Shown here piece after piece: positions 15,592 to 22,614 of a stretch of 22,614 nt of DNA. Below the pieces are notes generated by a model. That model was not told the origin of the DNA. It did no database searches and saw only the letters and a program-made list of their open reading frames with translations. The position numbers were made by a program, and so were the translations under genes. The DNA comes from Tolypothrix carrinoi HA7290-LM1 (GTDB lineage Bacteria; Cyanobacteriota; Cyanobacteriia; Cyanobacteriales; Nostocaceae): contig JAHHIK010000124.1 of assembly GCA_019358935.1 (NCBI GenBank), positions 1 to 22,614 on the forward strand, read 5' to 3'. The first letter of the stretch is position 1, and each line of letters opens with the position of its first letter.

Positions 15592-16273
15592 CTAACTTTG
15601 TATTAAGCGCGATCGCTTCTGAACACTCTTTCACCGAAGCACGTTGTCGCATCGCTTCTACCAAAGCTTGATAACTAGACCAATTTTCTTGTAGTAAATT
15701 TTTCGCTTGCAGCAAGCAAAAGCGCTGTTTTTGATCGTAAGCTGATGCAGAAAAACCCAAACTTGTCAATACACCTGCCAGCTTACTTTTATCATCAGAT
15801 CCACCCTCAGCATTATCAAACACTAAAGCTTCAGCCGCAATACCCGCCATCCAAACAGTACAGTAGCGATCCAACATTTGCGCGGTGATTTTACCTTGTT
15901 CGAGTTGCAAAGCTAATTCAGCATCATCAAAAGCAACACCACCTTGTCCTGGTTGTCCTTGTTTCAAAGCTTCCCAAGCTGTCAGAGTATAGCCGCTGAT
16001 GGGAATACCCAGCAAGTAAGCAGTCAAAAAGTGACCGGCTTCGTGGTGGACAATGCGATCGCGATGTGATGGTGAAAAACCCGCAATCCAATCTAAAAGC
16101 AGAGAACCTCCCTTACCTTGCAAACTGAAAGAATCCAAAGTAGCGATTCCCAAAACAGCGAAAGTAGCGATCGCAGGTACAGCTGGTGATAAATTGACCA
16201 AAGGTCCCAGCAGCACCGATAAAGTCATCAAAAAGATAGATATTGCAACTAAATTTAAAGAAGTTTGGCTCAT
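15554..16273 (-). CDS. Membrane Zn metalloprotease-like protein (peptidase M41/FtsH-like domain without the AAA domain)
   Basis: Two N-terminal TM segments, HEAGH zinc motif (RIVHHEAGHFLTAYLLG), MAGIAAE and GGSDD. Confidence 0.88.
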   Translation of the reverse strand: MSQTSLNLVAISIFLMTLSVLLGPLVNLSPAVPAIATFAVLGIATLDSFSLQGKGGSLLLDWIAGFSPSHRDRIVHHEAGHFLTAYLLGIPISGYTLTAWEALKQGQPGQGGVAFDDAELALQLEQGKITAQMLDRYCTVWMAGIAAEALVFDNAEGGSDDKSKLAGVLTSLGFSASAYDQKQRFCLLQAKNLLQENWSSYQALVEAMRQRASVKECSEAIALNTKLGRDVPPERLYES

Positions 16274-16346
16274 TGTCCTTCTATTTATGAGTAAGCGCGT
16301 AATCTTTCTTAATTATGAAGCCATTCTTAAACTTTGACTAAGGCAG

Positions 16347-16376
16347 TTGACAAAACCAACAACCTTCAAGTAATAT
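16347..16376 (+). promoter_or_regulatory. Possible sigma70-type promoter for the kinase gene
   Basis: TTGACA-N18-TAATAT. Confidence 0.3.
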
Positions 16377-16461
16377 TATCTGTATAGTGGAAAATCGTGC
16401 GCCCATATATATTCATATTTAGAAACCACCAAGCACACATAAACCAGAATTCATACCTTTC

Positions 16462-16490
16462 GTACAGACGTTCCGGCGGAACGTCTCTAC
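16462..16490. repeat. GTAG-type REP palindrome
   Basis: GTACAGACGTTCCGGCGGAACGTCTCTAC, one mismatch from the 15563 copy. Confidence 0.85.
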
Positions 16491-16597
16491 CACGCCTCCT
16501 GAATTCTTTATTTAGTTGCCTAGATATCTCTTAATATCTCTTTTTAATTCGATAATATTGGGGCTTACTTTGGACAAGATGTGTTCTCCAGCTTGTT

Positions 16598-18439
16598 ATG
16601 CAAATCTGCCAAAATCCCAATTGTTCAAATCCCTTCAATCCTGATGGCAATAGATATTGCATAAGTTGCGGACAAAGCAACTTTGACAAACTTCTCAGAA
16701 ACCGCTACCGCGTATTGAGACTATTAGGAGAAGGTGGATTTAGTAGAACTTACGAAGCAGCAGACGCAGACAGATTAAATGCACCTTGCGTCATCAAACA
16801 ATTTGTCCCACAAGTTCAGGGAACAGGACAACGTATCAAAGCAGCCCAATTCTTTCAAGAAGAAGCTTTTCGCTTGTATGAACTCGGAGAAAATCACATC
16901 CAAATTCCCAGATTACTTGCATACTTTCAACATGGTATCAGCTTGTATCTCGTGCAAGAGTTTATTATTGGGAAAACACTTTTAGCCGAAGTTCAGCAAC
17001 AATGCTTTAACGAAGAACAAATTCGCCAAATTTTACTTGATTTATTACCGGTTTTGGAATTTGTTCACTCGCGTAACATTATCCATCGCGACATCAAACC
17101 AGAAAATATTATCCGTCGCGAAAGTGATGGAAGACTAGTATTAATTGACTTTGGTGGTGCGAAACAAGTAACGCAAACCAGTTTAGTCAGACAAGCTACA
17201 GTAATTTATACCATTGGTTATGCACCAAACGAGCAAATGGCTGGATTTGCTTGTCACGCAAGCGATTTATACTCATTAGGCGTCACATGCGTGCGACTTT
17301 TAACGCAATCATTACCGCTTCTAGACGATTATGGACAGATTCAAGATAATCTTTATGATGCCATGAATGGGCAGTGGATGTGGCGATCGCGTTTGCAAGA
17401 AAAAGGCATCTTTATCAGCGAAGAATTTGGGCAAATTCTGGATAAATTATTAAAACACTTAGCCAGTGAAAGATATCAATCAGCAGCAGAAGTTCTGAAA
17501 GATTTGAAGTCATCTAAAATCAACTTGAGAGAAAATACAGCACCAACAATATTAGCTACTTCTCAACCGACATCACCACCACAAACGCAAATCATCTCAT
17601 CATTGCCCACCTTACCAGAATTTAAATTTGAAGTCGTCACAGTAGATAAAAAAGGTAAAGAAATTAGCCGCAACCGTCAAAGTGCAAACTACTTGATAGA
17701 AGACTTTGGTAAAGTCATCAAATTAGAAATGGTATCAATTCCCGGTGGAACTTTTATGATGGGTTCCCCTGAATTTGAAGGAGATGCAGACGAACATCCA
17801 CAACATCAAGTCACCGTTGCACCTTTTTTTATGGGAAAATATCCCGTAACTCAAGCACAATGGAGAGCAGTAGCAGCATTACCCAAAGTCAAACAATCCT
17901 TAAATCCCCATCCATCCAAATTTAAAGGTATAAATAGACCAGTTGAAAATGTATCTTGGCACGAAGCGGTAGAATTTTGTTTTCGGCTTTCAGAACAAAC
18001 CGGACGTAACTATCGTTTACCCAGCGAAGCTGAATGGGAGTATGCTTGTAGAGCAGGAACAACTACACCCTACCACTTTGGCAGAACTGTCACCCCAGAA
18101 TTAGCAAATTGCGGTGGTAGCGATTCCTACGCCTTGGATGCAAAAGGGAAATTCCGCAGAGAAACTACTGATGTCGGCAGTTTTCAACTTGCCAACGCCT
18201 TTGGATTGTACGACATGCACGGCTTAGTTTGGGAATGGTGTGCCGACCCCTGGCACAAAAATTATGAAGTAGCACCCACAGATGGCACCGTTTGGGAACT
18301 TGGCGGAGATGAACATCGTCGGGTATTGCGCGGTGGTTCTTGGAGCTTTAGTCCGGAACTTTGCCGCAGTGCCAGTCGCAGCTGGAATGAAGCAGTTGGC
18401 GGATTGAGAATATGTGGCTTTCGGGTTGTGTTTTCTTAG
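16598..18439 (+). CDS. Ser/Thr protein kinase fused to a C-terminal formylglycine-generating-enzyme (FGE-sulfatase, CLec-fold) domain, with an N-terminal 4-Cys zinc ribbon
   Basis: CQNPNC...CISCG, then kinase motifs LGEGGFSRTY, VIKQ, HRDIKPEN and DFG. FGE motifs IPGGTFMMGS, YPVTQAQW, RLPSEAEWEYACRAG, NAFGLYDMHGLVWEW, RGGSW and GFRVV. Confidence 0.95.
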   Translation: MQICQNPNCSNPFNPDGNRYCISCGQSNFDKLLRNRYRVLRLLGEGGFSRTYEAADADRLNAPCVIKQFVPQVQGTGQRIKAAQFFQEEAFRLYELGENHIQIPRLLAYFQHGISLYLVQEFIIGKTLLAEVQQQCFNEEQIRQILLDLLPVLEFVHSRNIIHRDIKPENIIRRESDGRLVLIDFGGAKQVTQTSLVRQATVIYTIGYAPNEQMAGFACHASDLYSLGVTCVRLLTQSLPLLDDYGQIQDNLYDAMNGQWMWRSRLQEKGIFISEEFGQILDKLLKHLASERYQSAAEVLKDLKSSKINLRENTAPTILATSQPTSPPQTQIISSLPTLPEFKFEVVTVDKKGKEISRNRQSANYLIEDFGKVIKLEMVSIPGGTFMMGSPEFEGDADEHPQHQVTVAPFFMGKYPVTQAQWRAVAALPKVKQSLNPHPSKFKGINRPVENVSWHEAVEFCFRLSEQTGRNYRLPSEAEWEYACRAGTTTPYHFGRTVTPELANCGGSDSYALDAKGKFRRETTDVGSFQLANAFGLYDMHGLVWEWCADPWHKNYEVAPTDGTVWELGGDEHRRVLRGGSWSFSPELCRSASRSWNEAVGGLRICGFRVVFS

Positions 18440-18535
18440 TGCCGTTGAATTTGGTTTGGAAAAGGTATTGACTACGATTCCAAAATAGGTTATTATAATC
18501 TTGATAAGGAAGAACTATCATAAAATAATTGTTTA

Positions 18536-18565
18536 AAAACCGTCTATCATGCAATAGGCGGTTTT
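18536..18565 (+). terminator. Probable intrinsic terminator after the kinase gene
   Basis: AAAACCGTCTAT-CATGCA-ATAGGCGGTTTT followed by GTTGT. Confidence 0.6.
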
Positions 18566-18602
18566 GTTGTGTAAAATCATGTCCGACAAATCACATATAT
18601 AT

Positions 18603-18629
18603 GTAGAGACGTTCCGGCGGAACGTCTCT
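18603..18629. repeat. GTAG-type REP palindrome
   Basis: GTAGAGACGTTCCGGCGGAACGTCTCT, same family as the 15524, 15563 and 16462 copies. Confidence 0.85.
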
Positions 18630-18669
18630 TGTGACGGTTACTGTAAATAGCTGATGAAAGGAAAATTTC

Positions 18670-19281
18670 ATGAAGCGGTTATTCAGGTTTTTCAAACCAA
18701 GCAAAAACCAACCATTGTTGAACCTGGTTATTATTGGGTTATGTACGGTTTTGTTTTTAGCAAATTTGATATTTAAAATATTTAGTTTTGTATTTCCTTC
18801 ATTCAACGCGATCGCTGTAGCATTATTCTTGTTGATTCCGTTTTTACTTATAGTTAATGGGTTTTTCTTTCGCAGATGGTGGCTAAAACTGATAAATTTT
18901 TGGATATTTTTATTACCAAGTTTGCTTTCTATCTGGATTTTCAACAACGCTACTATAATCTTTTTGTTAATTGGTATTTATCAGCCAGAGCAAGAAATTA
19001 AATTGAAATCTTATAATATTGTCGTTTATAAAAGTCCTGTCTGGTTAGATACAGATGCACAGCGGGGATTTGTCTTGAAACAAGAAAAGATTATCTTTCC
19101 GGGAATTAAGTTAGCAAAACCAATTTATGAAAATAAAAATTATTACTTAGATAGAATAGAAAGTTATCAATTAATCGGTCGAGATAAAGTAGTTCTGGAT
19201 TTTGTTTATTATGATGTGGGTAAAAAAAGAAAGCGTAAGGAGACGAAAGAATTTCAAGTAAAAGATTTTCTTTATTTTTGA
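18670..19281 (+). CDS. Hypothetical membrane protein
   Basis: 203-aa AT-rich ORF with three hydrophobic segments and a basic soluble C-terminal domain. AAGGAA upstream. Confidence 0.7.
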   Translation: MKRLFRFFKPSKNQPLLNLVIIGLCTVLFLANLIFKIFSFVFPSFNAIAVALFLLIPFLLIVNGFFFRRWWLKLINFWIFLLPSLLSIWIFNNATIIFLLIGIYQPEQEIKLKSYNIVVYKSPVWLDTDAQRGFVLKQEKIIFPGIKLAKPIYENKNYYLDRIESYQLIGRDKVVLDFVYYDVGKKRKRKETKEFQVKDFLYF

Positions 19282-19285
19282 TTTC

Positions 19286-19331
19286 GTAATAAGCGCTTCA
19301 GGGCTAAAGAAAGCGCTTCAGCGCTTACTAC
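19286..19331. repeat. REP doublet (REPIN-like) between convergent genes
   Basis: GTAATAAGCGCTTCAGGGCT-AAAGAA-AGCGCTTCAGCGCTTACTAC, inverted arms with GTA(A/G) and CTAC termini. Confidence 0.65.
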
Positions 19332-19334
19332 GGT

Positions 19335-20330
19335 TTAAACTAATTTCAGATCGGCGTACTCTGCCAATAAATCATCAGAGGTGAGAGTGTCGCCTTCAGC
19401 TTGGGGAGTCCAGAGAACTTCAATTGCTAGAAGTTTATCGCTGGGGATACTACCAATTTGGCGCAAAGCTTGACGCAATTCTTCAACGTTGTTGACTGCG
19501 GGAATTTCAAACTTACCCAATGTCGCCGCTAAGAGGGTGACAATGATATATTCTCCAGGACCTTGGGTAATTAGGTCGGTTGGGTTGTCAACATCAGTAC
19601 CAGGTAAAGCATTTTTAGGAGTGGCTTCTTTTAGCTGGTTGTTAACGTTAGAAAGAGTTTCTTCGCTAAATTTGCTGCGTTCTGCTAGTGCCAAACGGTT
19701 AAACTGAGCTTCGGCTGAATTTAAACGCGCTTGCTGTGTACCACCACCTGCATATACCCAGTATTCGGGATGGCGTAGCAAAGCGAGGCTGGCTTCTTGC
19801 AAAATTTCGGCTCTACCCTCTGGGGAGTTGGTGTCAGCTGTTTCGGCAATTCGGTTGAGTTCGGGTTGCAAGTCACGAGCTTGTGCTAACATACCTACTT
19901 GCAGACGAGTCACAGAAACATTAGAATTGCTGCTGTAGCCTGTATCTTCTGCGGTTTCGCCACTGGTAGCGCGACGGAAAGCTTGTACCGTGAAGTTAGC
20001 GATCGCCAAGAAGATTAAGATGGTAAACAAACCACCAAATCCTCCCCCAATACCAAAGAAGGGAAACAAGAAAGGAAACCCAAATCCACCACCAGGATAG
20101 TATCCTCCTCCGTATCCGCCACCGTAGCCACCGCCGTATCCCCCTCCGTATCCACCGGGAGGTGCATAGGTACGGCTAGAAGGCGCTCTGAAGGAACCAC
20201 CGCCAATTCTACCACCACTGCGGGCGGCTAATGCTTGATCAGCGTGACTCAGTGCCAAAGTAAACACTAAGCTGAGGACAAACAAAGTTTTTAATAGCGG
20301 TTTGATGGCTTGTTGTAGTTGTTTACGCAT
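19335..20330 (-). CDS. DUF1517 domain protein (FLAP1-like)
   Basis: Signal/TM segment, ARSGGRIGGGSFR, GGGY repeats, TM helix, LQEASLALLRHPEYW, ERSKFSEETLSN, EYIIVTLL and VLWTPQAEGDTL. Confidence 0.9.
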   Translation of the reverse strand: MRKQLQQAIKPLLKTLFVLSLVFTLALSHADQALAARSGGRIGGGSFRAPSSRTYAPPGGYGGGYGGGYGGGYGGGYYPGGGFGFPFLFPFFGIGGGFGGLFTILIFLAIANFTVQAFRRATSGETAEDTGYSSNSNVSVTRLQVGMLAQARDLQPELNRIAETADTNSPEGRAEILQEASLALLRHPEYWVYAGGGTQQARLNSAEAQFNRLALAERSKFSEETLSNVNNQLKEATPKNALPGTDVDNPTDLITQGPGEYIIVTLLAATLGKFEIPAVNNVEELRQALRQIGSIPSDKLLAIEVLWTPQAEGDTLTSDDLLAEYADLKLV

Positions 20331-21310
20331 AACACTGTCACTTGAAAAACGTTATTACTTATGATTTCTCCTAGTACTGGTAGGAGTAAGTGTATAGATG
20401 ACACTCCTACCCTAAGCGAGTTCAATTTTTGATATTTACTAGCTCTGTGTAAGATTCATCTATCGCTATACCTTTAATTTACCGCTTCTTATTCTCGGCG
20501 TACCGCGCTCGCAGGGGGGATTTCTGGAGTAGATAACCGTACAACTAATTATCCCCGCCAGAAGAGGGCGATCGCCTAAAAATCAGAAAAACTTATCATT
20601 GCTGTCAGCCGGGATAACTTTGTCAAACTTCAGTTTTGCACTATACAGATGATTTAAAGCAAGCAATTTTTTTTAAGGTTATCAAAATAATCTTTTATGG
20701 ATGGTTGTAGATATTTTTGGTTATCATCGACTGTATAGGCTAGTGAACACTTTCTAGTTATGCCGTCTCCTTCTATTGCGGTGGAGTCGCGATCGCCTTT
20801 TTAACTTTAATTAAACGACACCTACTCCACACATACCACGCTTGGGGCGCATTTAAATGTACTTCACTTTCGCCACGATTCAGAGCATTATCGGCATTTT
20901 GGCATCACATTATGGGTGTATTTAGGATAAACTATTTCTAGGAGATAGACTTAGCAATCTCTACAAGAGATTATCCTCAGGTCGTTTTTTTCTAATTGCT
21001 ACTTAATAAGTATTGTTGATTATTTGACTTTACCAAATACAAATAAAAAAACTTTTATTCAAAAATAATTAAATTATTTTTGAGGATTAGTAAAACATAG
21101 CGTGATTTATGATTTGTGGAATTAATTGTCTTACATCATCTCATTGATTACAAACGATAAAAAATACTGATTCTTAAAGGTTGCCGATTCGGAAAATTTA
21201 GTGAAAAATTTGCTTTAGAGAAAAACTGCACTAATAACATCTACTAAAAGTACATACTTATCTTTAGTCCACAGAATGAACAATTAAGAAGTTTAGACAG
21301 CGAAGTTTTC

Positions 21311-22528
21311 ATGGAACAAATATCACAAATTGATGCAAAAATCCAAGACAAAACAGCCTCTCCTGACATCTTAGTAATATCGCGCACCTTCTTGCCGAAC
21401 CAGGGTGGAATTGGAGAATATATCTATAATCGCTGTCTGCAAGACCCAGAAAGGGTAATTGTTTTAGCGAGTAGTTGCTCTGGAGACAAAGCATTTGATC
21501 GCGATCAACAGTTTCCCGTGTATCGCTGGTCAAATCCGAGATTTTGGCGTAGTGGTTTTGTTGAGAATAATATAAAGCATATTCTCAATCTGGTCTGGTC
21601 ATTTGTGTTAGCCGTGCAACTTTATTTTCGCTATCGTTACCGCTACATAGAGTGGGGTCACGGCTACAACTTTCTGGCGGTGTTACTATTAAGCTATTTA
21701 TTACCTATTCGTTTTTTTATCTACTTACATGGCAATGATGTAGTTCATGTTTTACGCAATCCCTTGTGGCGATCGCTATTCGCATTAACACTGATACGAG
21801 CTGAAGGAATTGTTTGTAAAAGTTCGTTTATAAAAGATTACCTAAAAGCTAATTTCCGATTTAATACTCCTACCCACATTATTAATCCTATCCTCAGACC
21901 GGAAAAATTTGCCGTAGCAACCAGCGTTGATAATCTTGATAATTTACGTGTTCGCGTCCGTGAAGCGTACAATATTCCGGAAACATCTGTAGTCATTCTC
22001 TCGGTAGGACAACTTGAGAAGTGTAAAGGGTTCGACAAAGTGATTGAAAACTTAACACTACTGCTGACTCAGGGGATAGATGTTCACTATATACTTTGTG
22101 GGCAAGGTGCTTGTGAATTAGAACTGAAATCTTTAGCACGTCGCTTGCGAGTAGATAAACGGGTACACTTTGCCGGATATGTAAGCGATCGCGAATTAGC
22201 CGGCTACTATGCAGCTTGTGATTTATTTGCTATGCTGACTTTGTTTGACACTAGATCCGCCAGTATAGAGGGTTTTGATGCAGTTTACTTAGAAGCGGGT
22301 TACTTCTGTAAGCCTGTAATTGCTTCTTGTTTAGGCGGTGTCATAGATGCAATTCGCCATGAAGAAAATGGCATCCTAGTTAATCCGAATTCTGGCTGTG
22401 AAATTTTTCAAGCTTTCAGTCGCTTGTGTAAAGACCAGCAGCTACGTGAAAAACTAGGTCGCATCGGAAAAGAACTAGCCAAACGCAAAACCCTTCACCG
22501 CACGCTTTACGCTTCAAGAGTTAGTTGA
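21311..22528 (+). CDS. Glycosyltransferase family 4 protein
   Basis: FLPNQGGIGEY, YLHGND, VHFAGYVSDRELAGYYAACDLF, EX7E motif EGFDAVYLE and KPVIAS..GG. Confidence 0.92.
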   Translation: MEQISQIDAKIQDKTASPDILVISRTFLPNQGGIGEYIYNRCLQDPERVIVLASSCSGDKAFDRDQQFPVYRWSNPRFWRSGFVENNIKHILNLVWSFVLAVQLYFRYRYRYIEWGHGYNFLAVLLLSYLLPIRFFIYLHGNDVVHVLRNPLWRSLFALTLIRAEGIVCKSSFIKDYLKANFRFNTPTHIINPILRPEKFAVATSVDNLDNLRVRVREAYNIPETSVVILSVGQLEKCKGFDKVIENLTLLLTQGIDVHYILCGQGACELELKSLARRLRVDKRVHFAGYVSDRELAGYYAACDLFAMLTLFDTRSASIEGFDAVYLEAGYFCKPVIASCLGGVIDAIRHEENGILVNPNSGCEIFQAFSRLCKDQQLREKLGRIGKELAKRKTLHRTLYASRVS

Positions 22529-22598
22529 TAGTTGATAGTTGATAGTTGATAGTTGATAGTTGATAGTTGATAGTTGATAGTTGATAGTTGATAGTCGA
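22522..22598. repeat. STRR heptamer tandem repeat (TAGTTGA)x10 plus one variant
   Basis: Ten perfect units at 22522-22591, then TAGTCGA. The first unit supplies the GT4 stop codon. Confidence 0.97.
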
Positions 22599-22614
22599 TA
22601 GTAATAATCATTGA

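Noticed and set aside
15513..15600. Two roughly 30-bp palindromic repeats in tandem as a possible CRISPR array
   Set aside because: The spacer is only 9 nt and is itself repeated. The same unit occurs singly at 16462 and 18603, and there are no cas genes. These are REPs.
18591..18947. 118-aa minus-strand ORF
   Set aside because: Antisense to the membrane protein gene. It is K/N-rich as the mirror of F/L/I codons and ends in a translated REP.
20095..20160. 12-bp-period repeats in the DUF1517 gene
   Set aside because: They encode the normal GGGY low-complexity region with synonymous variation, so this is a protein-level repeat.

Overview
Chromosomal window from a filamentous, probably heterocyst-forming (Nostocales-like) cyanobacterium. 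The evidence is about 25 HIP1 octamers (GCGATCGC) counted by eye, STRR-type heptamer arrays, GTAG-type REP palindromes and cyanobacterial gene families. Core or ordinary genes include a GST, a DinB protein, a PvdE/SyrD-type ABC exporter, a SAM methyltransferase, a DUF4870 protein, alaS, a copper chaperone, a GGDEF protein, an M41-like Zn protease, a Ser/Thr kinase-FGE fusion, a DUF1517 protein and a GT4 glycosyltransferase. The most notable region is about 4 kb directly downstream of alaS (6.5-10.5 kb). It holds five type II toxin-antitoxin loci. HigBA and Phd-VapC are intact and bounded by related HIP1-containing direct repeats, like cassettes. In the other three the toxin is frameshifted (hicA), reduced to a stub (BrnT-like) or absent (DUF433 partner). 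Also present: a strong candidate structured sRNA (about 5658-5813), several tiny inserts splitting HIP1 sites, a TA-flanked MITE nested in a heptamer array, a highly structured 230-bp repeat element, and a probable IS200/IS605 end at the left edge. Family assignments come from motif recognition, not database searches.
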